Shown: positions 8,646 through 17,380, numbered from the stretch's first letter. The stretch: 20,379 bases of DNA from Gemmatimonadota bacterium (GCA_039589315.1 JBDHHQ010000077.1:1-20379); one strand, 5' to 3'. The notes: generated by a model from the letters alone, not told the origin. Translations and numbers: made by a program.

Positions 8646-10580
8646 TCAGCCTGGGTTGTACCAGATCGGGCTGGTGTACGCCCGCTCCTGCGTGATCATG
8701 GGCACCTCGTCGTCCATCGTGATGCCGTACCGGGCCGCCTCGTATGCCGTCCAGCGGGGTGTGGGAATCTCCAGAACGCGGGCGTAGTAGACCGCCGCCT
8801 GGGACGGGTCGAAGTCGGGGTCCTCCCAGGAGGCGATCAGCTCGGATGCACCGATCGTGTTGGTCCAGGTGGCCGATGCGACGTCCACGGTGTTTCCGAC
8901 CGGAGGCAGCGTACCCTCCGAGTCGGGTCGACGGTCGCCCGACCACACGATGTCGTAGACACGCTCGTGCCGCTCCCCGTTCCCGTCGAGCCAGCCCTTG
9001 ACGATCTGGACACGATCGAGGTTACCGCTGTACGGGTCCTTGAGAGCGGCGACGAGAAACGTCGGGGCTCCCGCACCGCTTGGCCGGGCCGGCATATCGG
9101 CACCCATGGGGACGCCCTTTCGGTACCCGATGTCGGCGGGCAGCCGGCGTCCAGCATCCGCTTCGTCGAAGTCCCAGCCGCCGAAGAAGCGCACCATCAT
9201 GCGTGGGCCGGTCGTCGCGTAGGTCTCCTTGCGCATCATGGCGTCGAAGATGGCGTCGCGCGTGTTCTCCCGCGCCCAGACCCCTGCGAGACCTGAAGCG
9301 GCCACGCTCCAGCCCGCGTACTCCTTGTCCCCGACCCTCGCCATTGGGTGCTCCCAGCGCTCGGGACCTGGTTCCGACCCGGAGTGCTTGCCGAAGAAGT
9401 TCTCCTCGGCTGCCGTCGCCAACCCGGTGTGGGAATCGGTGGCACCGATCATCCCGAACTTGTACGGATTGGTGCCGAGCGCCCTCTCCATCTGGAGGCC
9501 TATGCCCAGCGCAGAGCGTGCATACTCGTATTGGAGCATGTCGTCTTCTTTGAGCTCGGTCAGGTCGAGGTTGCCTTGATCCCAGGTCTCGTAGTCCGCG
9601 AATTCGTCGTCCGTGGAGAGGAAGGGGTGGGTCTCGCCATCACCCTTGATCTGCGTCGCCTCGTAGAGCGGCTCCCAGCGGGCACGGGTCTCGGCGTACT
9701 CCGTGTCGATGCGCTGTCCGGTGAACGACTCGATCACCGGGAACATGATCCCGTTCGAGAGGTTGCCATTATGTGCGATCGCGAGGGCGCTGCCGCCCGT
9801 CCTCTCCTCGTAGCTCTCCAGCCAATTCCACAGGTCGCGGGGGTTGTCGCTTCCCATGGCGTCCAGCGTCGTGTAGGGGAGCACCTGGCCTGCCTGGTCC
9901 TCTCCGTCGCGAAGGATGACCACGCGGTGCAGGTTCATTCCACCGGTCGTGGAGGTCCACTCGTAGCCGTGAAGGGCCGTATACGTGCCCGGCTCGTTGT
10001 ACTCTTCGGCTGCCTCGATCGCCTCCTCCCACGCGGAGCGGAAGGCGGGCGTGCCCGGGACGATCAGCAGCGGTTCGGGGAACGAGTTCGTCGTGAGCGA
10101 CTGGATGATCTCGACCGCCGCGGCCATACCTTGCTGGCCACCCTCCTGTACCATGTCGTACCACCGTCTTCCCGTCGGATCGGCCAACATCTCCGGCTCG
10201 CCGGCGTACAACCGTGGGAAGAAGCCCATGTTGTCCGAGTGGTCCGCAACCACCAGGAAGTCGAGCGGGCGCGACAGCTTCACGCGAAGCCCGGTTGACG
10301 AGGTCAACTCCTCACCCCGGGCGAAACGGTGTGCGTCTGCGGGCGTGAGTCGAGCGCCGAATGCGCCCGCGTCCATGGACATCCCTGTGTGCAGGTGAGT
10401 GTCACCCCAGAAGACCTGCGTCGGGAAGTTGCGGCCCGCGTACGGGGAGTAGTTGTCCTGTCCCGGGAAGGCGCGTGAGAGGGCCTCGGGTGGGGGAATC
10501 GGGTCTTGGGCGGACACTTCGGCTGGGCCGGGGACCAGTGCCAGAATCATGGTCGCAGCGAAAGCAGGAGTCAGGCGCAT
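8646..10580 (-). CDS. DUF3604 domain secreted protein (PHP-like metallo-fold)
   Basis: Start ATG 10580 with RBS GGAGG and a signal peptide; FWGDTHLHT, RPLDFLVVADHSD, GYEWTS, NLHRVV, AHNGNLSNG, ATDSH, QERAYTSPIWY. Confidence 0.9.
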   Translation of the reverse strand: MRLTPAFAATMILALVPGPAEVSAQDPIPPPEALSRAFPGQDNYSPYAGRNFPTQVFWGDTHLHTGMSMDAGAFGARLTPADAHRFARGEELTSSTGLRVKLSRPLDFLVVADHSDNMGFFPRLYAGEPEMLADPTGRRWYDMVQEGGQQGMAAAVEIIQSLTTNSFPEPLLIVPGTPAFRSAWEEAIEAAEEYNEPGTYTALHGYEWTSTTGGMNLHRVVILRDGEDQAGQVLPYTTLDAMGSDNPRDLWNWLESYEERTGGSALAIAHNGNLSNGIMFPVIESFTGQRIDTEYAETRARWEPLYEATQIKGDGETHPFLSTDDEFADYETWDQGNLDLTELKEDDMLQYEYARSALGIGLQMERALGTNPYKFGMIGATDSHTGLATAAEENFFGKHSGSEPGPERWEHPMARVGDKEYAGWSVAASGLAGVWARENTRDAIFDAMMRKETYATTGPRMMVRFFGGWDFDEADAGRRLPADIGYRKGVPMGADMPARPSGAGAPTFLVAALKDPYSGNLDRVQIVKGWLDGNGERHERVYDIVWSGDRRPDSEGTLPPVGNTVDVASATWTNTIGASELIASWEDPDFDPSQAAVYYARVLEIPTPRWTAYEAARYGITMDDEVPMITQERAYTSPIWYNPG

Positions 10581-10916
10581 CGGCCGGGACCTCCGTTGAG
10601 AATGAGCGCATCTGATCCAGGGGCTCCCAGGCCACCGGATCCGTACCACGAGATTGTTGGATGTGCGTCTTCGGCGGGAGGCGGAGAATGCGGCCACGAC
10701 CGGGTTCGCGCAAGCGCATTCCGGACCATTCTTCCGAGAGGCGGGCCCCTGCTCCCGGCCCGCGCTCGAGGGATCCCAGTGAACCGTAGCGATCGCCAGC
10801 AGAGTGCGGTGGGGATTACCGGAAGCGACGGCCCCAAGGCGCCCAACGGGCCCACGCCTCCGGCCAAGTGCTCAAGGGCCGGGACGGTGGGCCCTATGAG
10901 GCGCCGCGTGGCGCCC

Positions 10917-12230
10917 CTACCTCCGCGCGCCCCTACTCCGAGCCCCCCGGAAACGCCGGCGCCGGGGCCGCGCGCTGCCCGCAGAGCCTTCACCCCCGGC
11001 CCTCCCAGCCACGTTCGCGGCCGTTCGATCCCCACCGGTGGTGTTCATGCCGGCCGTGTTGGCGATGCGCTCTCGCGGGCGCCTCTCCGGACGCACGTCC
11101 GAGGTGGCGGTGTAGGAGAAGCCCTCCAGGTGGACCCGAGGCAGCTCCGCTCCCAAGGCCCGCTCGATACGCTTGAGGTCGGCCTCGTCCTCTGGCGCTA
11201 CCAGGGTGAACGCGTCCCCGGTCGCGTCGGCGCGGGCCGTGCGTCCGACCCGGTGGATGTAGTCGTCGGGGACGGCTGGAACGTTGAAGTTGACCACGTG
11301 CCCCAGAGCCTCCACGTCGATGCCCCGGGCGGCGATGTCGGTGGCCACCAGCACCCGATACTGCCCGGCCTTGAAACCCGCCAGGGCCTTGGTGCGCTGG
11401 GCCTGTGATCGATTCCCGTGGATACGCTCGGCGGAGATGCCATTGCGGTTCAGCAGCTTGGCCAGGCGGTTCGCCCGGTGCTTCGTGCGGGTGAACACGA
11501 GCGCATCGTCCATCTCGCCCCTCTTCAACAACTCCACAAGCAGTGCCCCCCTCCGACCGGCGGACACGGGGTACACGGCCTGGGCCACACCTTTGGCCGG
11601 CGCGGCGCGGCGCTGAAGGGCGATCTTGGCCGGCTCCCGCAGGATCTCCCTTGTCAGGGCTTCGATGGGAGCGGGCATCGTGGCACTGAAGAAGAACGTC
11701 TGCCGCGGCCTGGGCACGTGCCTCAGCACGCGCCGTATGTCGGGCAGAAAGCCCATGTCCAGCATCCGGTCAGCCTCATCCAGCACCAGGTATTCGAGCC
11801 CCGCGAGGGCGGCCTGGCCGCGGCCGAAGTGATCCAGAAGCCGCCCCGGAGTGGCGACGATGAAATCGACGCCCTTGCGAAAGGCTTTCTCCTGGGGGCC
11901 CATGCCCACGCCACCGTAGACGGCCGCACCCCTGATCCCGGTATGTCGGGCCAGGCCCTCGAGGTCTTCCAGAATCTGGAGCGCCAGCTCCCGGGTCGGT
12001 GCCAGCACCAGCGCACGAGTCGTGCCGCGGGGCCGATCCATCAATTGGTGCAGAATGGGTAGGAGGAAGGCTGCGGTCTTGCCACTGCCGGTGGCCGCGC
12101 AGGCCAAGAGATCACGGCCCTCGAGCGCTTCCGGAATCGCCAGCGACTGGATGGGCGTCGGGCGCTCGAAGCCCAGATCCTGGATGCCTCGGCGGAGGGA
12201 TGGGTGCAGATTGAGTGCAGAAAAATTCAA
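10917..12230 (-). CDS. rhlE: DEAD-box ATP-dependent RNA helicase (RhlE-like)
   Basis: Q motif GFERPTPIQ, ATGSGKT, PTRELA, TPGRLLD, DEAD, SAT, ARGID, HRVGRTAR; basic C-terminal tail. Start placed at TTG 12230 from the typical xFxxLxL N-terminus. The rhlE subfamily call is tentative. Confidence 0.9.
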   Translation of the reverse strand: MNFSALNLHPSLRRGIQDLGFERPTPIQSLAIPEALEGRDLLACAATGSGKTAAFLLPILHQLMDRPRGTTRALVLAPTRELALQILEDLEGLARHTGIRGAAVYGGVGMGPQEKAFRKGVDFIVATPGRLLDHFGRGQAALAGLEYLVLDEADRMLDMGFLPDIRRVLRHVPRPRQTFFFSATMPAPIEALTREILREPAKIALQRRAAPAKGVAQAVYPVSAGRRGALLVELLKRGEMDDALVFTRTKHRANRLAKLLNRNGISAERIHGNRSQAQRTKALAGFKAGQYRVLVATDIAARGIDVEALGHVVNFNVPAVPDDYIHRVGRTARADATGDAFTLVAPEDEADLKRIERALGAELPRVHLEGFSYTATSDVRPERRPRERIANTAGMNTTGGDRTAANVAGRAGGEGSAGSARPRRRRFRGARSRGARR

Positions 12231-12456
12231 GGAGTTCTTATCCGTTGAGTGGTGCTCAGCGCGCCCGCCGGAGTATCCGGCTGGACAAGCTGGCACAGAG
12301 TCTTGAGCGAGTCGTAGCCCCCGGAACCGAGGGCTCAAGGTGAGATCCCGCAGGTCAAAGGTAGTGGAAGTGAGGGATTGGCGGCAGGGGGAGGGCGTCA
12401 GCGGGTGCCCACCAGGAACCCGTTACCCATTCCCGTCGACTCAATACCTGGCTTCG

Positions 12457-12546
12457 TGTTCGATCGCTGGGCGTATGCTGGACTCGATAGACGCCGGCGG
12501 GACGAGGGGTCTCCTTGTACCTCCGAGCTAGCTCTCTGCGATCCAC
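12457..12546 (-). pseudogene. N-terminal fragment of a small GIY-YIG family protein
   Basis: RBS GAGGAGG, GTG start, then DRRELARRYKETPRPAGVYRVQHTPSDRT, like small GIY-YIG proteins beginning MDRKELxRxYKExPRPxGVY. Similarity is lost before the second motif; the frame stays open to 12355. Confidence 0.65.
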
Positions 12547-12864
12547 CTGCGCCTCCTCTGTCAGAGTATCGACCGACCCTGAACCGGACGTATCGGTGCG
12601 TCCGCGGGACCCATCTGCTGGGCCGCACAGATCAGTCACGTGGTGGCCCTTTCCAGGGCGTGCCATCTGAACACCCTGATCGAGATTGAAGCGAGCGATC
12701 AAGGCTTTCTCTGCGTCGACCGCTGCCGCCTCCGTTCCCGGCGGAGTATCCCTCCCTCGCTGCCCGATCGTTGCGCTTCCCGGATTGGCTCTGTTCAGGG
12801 CGTTCACGAATCACGTGGTTTGGTGCGGAGACGAAGCGCGGATGAACGGGCAGGAGGTGGACAC

Positions 12865-13707
12865 GTGCGTGAACACACGAGTGGGACCCGACGACGGAGA
12901 CTGGAGCACCCCCGCGGGCGCGGAAGCGGTTGGAAGGGCGGATCGTTGGTGGTCTCGCTGGTGGCGCTGGCCGCTCCTCTTCACGCCCAGGAGGAGCCGA
13001 CGCTGAGACCGGACGATCCCAGCCTGGACGGTCGCGATCTCTCCCCGTTCGTGGCGGTGTTCGAGGTGAGTGACAGCAGTGCCGAGGGTGTCGAGTCCCG
13101 GGGCTATTGGAAATCCCATCTTCAGGAGGCCACGGTGGCCGGCGAGGCCGCGTTCCGGCACACCTGGTCGCTGTACTTCCCCACGGCGACCATCTACGAC
13201 CAGGGCCACTTCACGGCCCGTGGCTTTCGTCCGCTGCTGGCGCAGGTGATGTCGCCCAGGGGACACGATCTTCTGGAATTCGCATCGCCGGACACGGTGT
13301 TCCAGACGTACGTGCCCCTGGGCGGCGCGCCTCCCGAGACATCACGACTGGTATTGGACGGACCACGGTTCGCCGGTGCAGGACCTTTTGCGGTGGCGAC
13401 GCTCCCCCTGGAGACGGGGAAGCGCTATCGCTTCCGGTCGGTGGCCACCGACCCGCCCACGCCCGGGACGCCCCTGGTCTGGCAGGCGCATGTCGTGGCG
13501 CAGGAACAGGTGGTCACGCCGGCCGGAACGACTTACCAGGCCTGGCGGGTGGAGCACAGCTTCGCAGCCGACGGCGGCGAGGGAGACGTGCCAGCCGTGC
13601 CTGGAGTCGTGTGGATCGTTCCCCGGGTGCCGTATGTTGTGCGCAGGCAGTACGGAGACCGGATCTGGGCGCTGACCCGCTTCGAGACGACCGAGCGACT
13701 GCCTTGA
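12865..13707 (+). CDS. Secreted hypothetical protein, DUF3108-like beta-rich fold
   Basis: RBS AGGAGG 7 nt before GTG 12865; hydrophobic stretch ending LHA-Q; EQVVTPAGTTYQAWRVE resembles the DUF3108-type ExVxxPAGxFxAxRV motif. Confidence 0.7.
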   Translation: MREHTSGTRRRRLEHPRGRGSGWKGGSLVVSLVALAAPLHAQEEPTLRPDDPSLDGRDLSPFVAVFEVSDSSAEGVESRGYWKSHLQEATVAGEAAFRHTWSLYFPTATIYDQGHFTARGFRPLLAQVMSPRGHDLLEFASPDTVFQTYVPLGGAPPETSRLVLDGPRFAGAGPFAVATLPLETGKRYRFRSVATDPPTPGTPLVWQAHVVAQEQVVTPAGTTYQAWRVEHSFAADGGEGDVPAVPGVVWIVPRVPYVVRRQYGDRIWALTRFETTERLP

Positions 13708-13728
13708 TCTCTTTCGACGGATGCGCGC

Positions 13729-14811
13729 TTGAGACGATTTCGCACAGCGGCCTTCCTACTCGCACTGTGGTCCATCCCCGCCCTGCTGAGCACCGGTCAA
13801 GTCCTCGTTCGGGGTGTGTCGGGTCCGTCGCCGGCCGAGGCACTCGCGTCCCAACTCGCGAGCTGGTGGATCTGGGCCGCTGTCACACCTCTGGTCGTCT
13901 TCGTTTCGCGCAAGAGGCCGGTCACCGGGTCGGGATGGCGGGTGTCCCTTGGCGTGCACTGCGCGGTCGGCATCGCGGTGGTGGTCGGCGTGGTCGCGTT
14001 GCAGACGGTTCTAGCGATGGGCACCGAGAGCATCGCATTCTCCGTCGATCGCTACCTGTCGGGGGTAACGGGCAACTTGGCGTTCTTCCTCACGGCGAAT
14101 CTGATCACATACGGAGCCCTGGCCGGCGCCGTGCAGGTCTGGATGCTGTTCGAACGGCTCCGGGACCAACAGGTCAACGCGGCCCGTCTCGAGACCGAGC
14201 TGGCTCAGGCCCAACTCGAGTCCCTTCGAGGCACGTTACAGCCCCATTTCCTTTTCAACGCGCTCCACACCGTGGGGGGGTTGGTGCGTGCCGGCGACAA
14301 GGACGGGGCTGTGCAGACCATCACCGCGCTGAGCGGACTCCTCCGCTTCAGCCTCGAGGGTGTGACGCGGAACGAGATTCCTCTCCATCGGGAGCTGGAG
14401 GCGCTGGAGCGTTACCTCGAAATCGAGGAGGTCAGATTCGAGGACCGCATGACCGTGGAGCGGGAGATCGCACCGGACGTCCTGGACGCCCTGGTTCCGG
14501 CGCTCATCCTCCAACCCTTGGTCGAGAATGCGGTCCGTCACGGCATCGGCCAGAACCCCGAGGCCGGGGCGTTGGTCGTTCGAGCCTATCGAGACGGCCA
14601 GTCATTGCGGTTGGAAGTGGAAGACGACGGCCCGGGCCCTGGACCTTCGCCGGTCGGGGGCTGGAGTGGCGGCGTCGGCCTGACCCTTACCCGAGATCGT
14701 CTGGCCAGCCTCTACGATGATCAACATGATTTCGCGCTGGAGTCCCCGAACGGGTGCGGCGCCCGGGTGGTCGTGAGCATTCCGTTCCTGGAGGAAGGGG
14801 ACCGCGCGTGA
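13729..14811 (+). CDS. LytS-type sensor histidine kinase
   Basis: About four TM segments; AQLESLRGTLQPHFLFNALH; YLEIEEVRFEDR; ILQPLVENAVRHG; VEDDGPG; GVGL. Confidence 0.93.
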   Translation: MRRFRTAAFLLALWSIPALLSTGQVLVRGVSGPSPAEALASQLASWWIWAAVTPLVVFVSRKRPVTGSGWRVSLGVHCAVGIAVVVGVVALQTVLAMGTESIAFSVDRYLSGVTGNLAFFLTANLITYGALAGAVQVWMLFERLRDQQVNAARLETELAQAQLESLRGTLQPHFLFNALHTVGGLVRAGDKDGAVQTITALSGLLRFSLEGVTRNEIPLHRELEALERYLEIEEVRFEDRMTVEREIAPDVLDALVPALILQPLVENAVRHGIGQNPEAGALVVRAYRDGQSLRLEVEDDGPGPGPSPVGGWSGGVGLTLTRDRLASLYDDQHDFALESPNGCGARVVVSIPFLEEGDRA

Positions 14812-15617
14812 CGCTCAGGGTCGCCATCGTCGATGACGAGCCACTTGCCCGAAAGACGATCCGGACAGTGATCGAGGCAGATCCTCGGGTCCAGGTGGTA
14901 GTGGAATCAGGCGGTGGGCCGGGCTCGGCGGAACGGCTGGTCGCCGCCGCGCCGGACGTGCTGTTCCTCGACATTCGAATGCCGGGTCTGGACGGCTTCG
15001 AGCTGCTGGAGGCCATAGGCGCTGCATCTCTGCCGTACATCGTGTTCGTGACGGCCTACGACGACCGGGCCGTTCGAGCGTTCGAAACCGGCGCGGTGGA
15101 TTACGTGCTCAAACCGTACGACGACCGGCGCCTGGAAACCGCTCTCGAGCGGGCGATTCAGCGGGTCCGCGCGGGGGACCTGAACGAAGCACGGCGCCGG
15201 CTGGTGCGGATCGCCGAGTTGGCCGGATCGGGCGCCGGCTCCGTGGGCGGGGCGTTTCGGTCGCCGCAGGGTGAGAGATTGGAACGAATCCCCGTCCGGG
15301 ACGCCGGCGGGCGCGTCGAAATGGTAGCCGTGGAAGCGGTGGACTGGATCGAGGCCCAGGACTACTACGCGTGCCTCCACGTGGGCCGCGCGAGCCATCT
15401 GATCAGGACCTCCCTCACCAAACTGGAGGCCCGCCTGGATCCGGCTCTCTTCGTACGCGTGCACCGCTCCGCAATTGTCCGTACCGCGTGTATCCAGGCA
15501 CTGGAGCCGTCGGGCAGGCACGACCTGGTCGCGGTCCTGGACAACGGCACGCGGGTCCCGACGAGCCGGTCCAGGCGCCCAGCGATCCGTCGTGCCCTCG
15601 GCCTCGACCGTCGCTGA
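14808..15617 (+). CDS. LytTR-family response regulator
   Basis: GTGA overlap with the kinase stop; receiver IVDDEPLAR, FLDIRMP, FVTAY, KP; LytTR domain DWIEAQDYY and FVRVHRSAIV. Confidence 0.95.
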   Translation: MTLRVAIVDDEPLARKTIRTVIEADPRVQVVVESGGGPGSAERLVAAAPDVLFLDIRMPGLDGFELLEAIGAASLPYIVFVTAYDDRAVRAFETGAVDYVLKPYDDRRLETALERAIQRVRAGDLNEARRRLVRIAELAGSGAGSVGGAFRSPQGERLERIPVRDAGGRVEMVAVEAVDWIEAQDYYACLHVGRASHLIRTSLTKLEARLDPALFVRVHRSAIVRTACIQALEPSGRHDLVAVLDNGTRVPTSRSRRPAIRRALGLDRR

Positions 15618-15749
15618 GCGCTACTGGTCGCACAGGGCCACGAACAGCCCCTCGACCGGAGCCGGAGGGCTGGCTGGCTCGCATGCGGCGGTTCAGAGAA
15701 TCTCCTTTCGGGTCGCTCCTGGCCGCCGAGGCAGGACCCTGGTCCCGTA

Positions 15750-15784
15750 GTTGACACACGGTTGCGGTTGACGTTAGGTTGCGG
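15750..15784 (+). promoter_or_regulatory. Sigma70-like promoter overlaid by a 17-bp tandem direct repeat (candidate operator)
   Basis: TTGACA 15751-15756, 18-nt spacer, TAGGTT 15775-15780; repeat units GTTGAC-ACAC-GGTTGCG (15750-15766) and GTTGAC-GTTA-GGTTGCG (15767-15783). Confidence 0.7.
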
Positions 15785-15806
15785 CTCCGGGTTCACGGAG
15801 CGTGTC

Positions 15807-16235
15807 ATGACCGTACGAGCACCCCATCGCGTAGCCGAGCAGCTGATCGCCGAGGCACCGAGCTCGGCGTGGCTACGTGCGCTCACAGACGATCTCGACC
15901 GACGGCTTCGTGCGGATCCGCTGGAGCGGTTTCTGGAGCTCTGGGGCCTCTCCGCGACGGATGCCGCTCGGGCGTTCGGCGTGTCGCGCCAGGCGCTGTC
16001 GAAGTGGCGTCGGGACGGGGTGCCGGCGGGTCGCACGCCTGCGCTCATGGACCTCGCCTCGGCGACCGACCTGCTGGACCGCCGAGTGAAGCGCGAGCGC
16101 ATCCCGGCCGTGGTCCGGCGACCGGCGGCCGCTCTCGGCGGACGCTCTCTCCTGGACCTGGCGTTCGAGGGCCGCCATGGTGAGCTGCGTGAGGCGGTGG
16201 CCGCCATGTTCGATCTGCGTCGGATCCAGCCCTGA
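15807..16235 (+). CDS. Xre/MbcA/ParS-like antitoxin
   Basis: ATG 15807 with GGAG RBS; HTH LSATDAARAFGVSRQALSKW; C-terminal RPAAALGGRSLLDL resembles the MbcA/ParS toxin-binding motif; lies directly upstream of a RES gene. Confidence 0.8.
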   Translation: MTVRAPHRVAEQLIAEAPSSAWLRALTDDLDRRLRADPLERFLELWGLSATDAARAFGVSRQALSKWRRDGVPAGRTPALMDLASATDLLDRRVKRERIPAVVRRPAAALGGRSLLDLAFEGRHGELREAVAAMFDLRRIQP

Positions 16236-16837
16236 GACCCCGCCGGGTCCGGCTTCCGGATGGCCGGGTGTGGCTGCGGGTGGCCGATCTCGATTGGAGG
16301 GATCCCCTCGATCCTTCGTACGCGCGCGTCCGCGGGGGTAGATGGAACCCACCGGACTCTCATGCGACGCTCTATCTGAACGGCGATGTGGTGACCGCCC
16401 GGTCTCAGATCGAACGGATGCTCGTCGGCTCACCCGTGCGTATGGACGATCTGGACGACGAGGCCTTCGTGCTCGTGGCCGCGACGCTGCCCAGGGCCCA
16501 GACCTGTGCGGACGCGACCACGGCCCCCGGTCTCAGGGCGCTCGATCTGCCCGCGTCCTACCCGCTCGACGAGTCGGGCGAGGAGGTTCCCAGCGCCCGG
16601 TGTCAGCAGATCGGCGGGCGGGCGCACGAGGACGGGCTTCGAGGTGTGTGGTGCCGGTCCGCCGCGACGGTGGACGGTCGCGGTCGAGAGCTCGCCTGGT
16701 TTCCCGCGACGGGCCGTTCCCGGGCGCGACCGGTTTGGAGCGTCCCACTGCGACTCGGCGGATGGCGCGACGCGACCCACTGGGCCGACCTGAACCTCCC
16801 CGATCAGGCCCAGCCGGTGAGGGAGGAGCCCCTATAG
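16232..16837 (+). CDS. RES domain toxin (start is either CTG 16232 or GTG 16268)
   Basis: WLRVA, GGRWNPP, TLYLN, CQQIG, GVWCRSA and ELAWF match the RES layout. The frame is open from a CTG that overlaps the antitoxin TGA. Confidence 0.85.
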   Translation: MRPRRVRLPDGRVWLRVADLDWRDPLDPSYARVRGGRWNPPDSHATLYLNGDVVTARSQIERMLVGSPVRMDDLDDEAFVLVAATLPRAQTCADATTAPGLRALDLPASYPLDESGEEVPSARCQQIGGRAHEDGLRGVWCRSAATVDGRGRELAWFPATGRSRARPVWSVPLRLGGWRDATHWADLNLPDQAQPVREEPL

Positions 16838-16845
16838 CTGGGCGC

Positions 16846-17311
16846 TCCCTCCTGTACGAGCTTCACAGGGCACACCAGCTCCCGAAGAGCCTGCCGGGCG
16901 CGGGAGAAGCCGAGCGCTTCATCAGATCGGTCGCTCATGGTGCTATTTCCGGAGCTCAGCGACGAGCGGCTGGCATCCGTCGACGAGCCCCTATCCGGGC
17001 TTCTACGCCATTGCCGTGTACCGGGTCGCACACCTGGTCCTGGAGTTGGGCCTACCCTACCTGCCGCGCATCCTGACCTGATACGCGCACTTCAGACGGG
17101 CATCGACATCCACCCGAGCGCGCGCATCGGTCGCCGATTCTGCATCGATCACGGGGCCAGGGTCGTGATCGGCGAGACCACGGTGATCGGTGACGACGTG
17201 AAGCTCTATCAGGGCGTGACGCTCGGCGCTCCGAGCGTGAGCAGATCGATGGCCAGGAAGAGGCGGCACCCGACCATCGAGGACGGCGTGGTGATCAACG
17301 CGGAAGCCACG
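16846..17311 (+). pseudogene. cysE: Decayed serine O-acetyltransferase
   Basis: [32 protein letters not shown] from 16992 with TGA at 17079-17081; 1-nt frameshift; then [20 protein letters not shown]...[10 protein letters not shown]...[11 protein letters not shown] from 17096. Probable N-terminal remnants at 16846-16990 are less certain; the 3' end is lost. Confidence 0.9.
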
Positions 17312-17317
17312 GCCTTG

Positions 17318-17380
17318 GACCGGGCGGGGCTCGAACGCCTACTCCGGTATTACGCGCGACCGCCGTTCGCCCTCGAGCGA
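17318..17380 (+). mobile_element. IS91-like (Y2 rolling-circle) transposase fragment
   Basis: [21 protein letters not shown] matches the DRxxLERLxRYxxRPPxALERL catalytic-Tyr region of IS91-like transposases; only 21 codons remain. Confidence 0.7.

Noticed and set aside
12670..12732. Minus-strand peptide EAAAVDAEKALIARFNLDQGV as another gene remnant
   Set aside because: It looks like a real helix, but it is too short and I cannot assign a family.
12355..12807. 150-aa ORF as one real gene
   Set aside because: It is a mosaic; only the internal RBS-GTG segment at 12546 resembles a known family.
13107..14720. Long alternative-frame and antisense ORFs (e.g. 13107-14720, 6418-7617, 18798-20096, 9348-10298, 15365-16363)
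   Set aside because: They overlap well-supported genes and are Arg/Gly/Pro-rich or antisense shadows, as expected in high-GC DNA.
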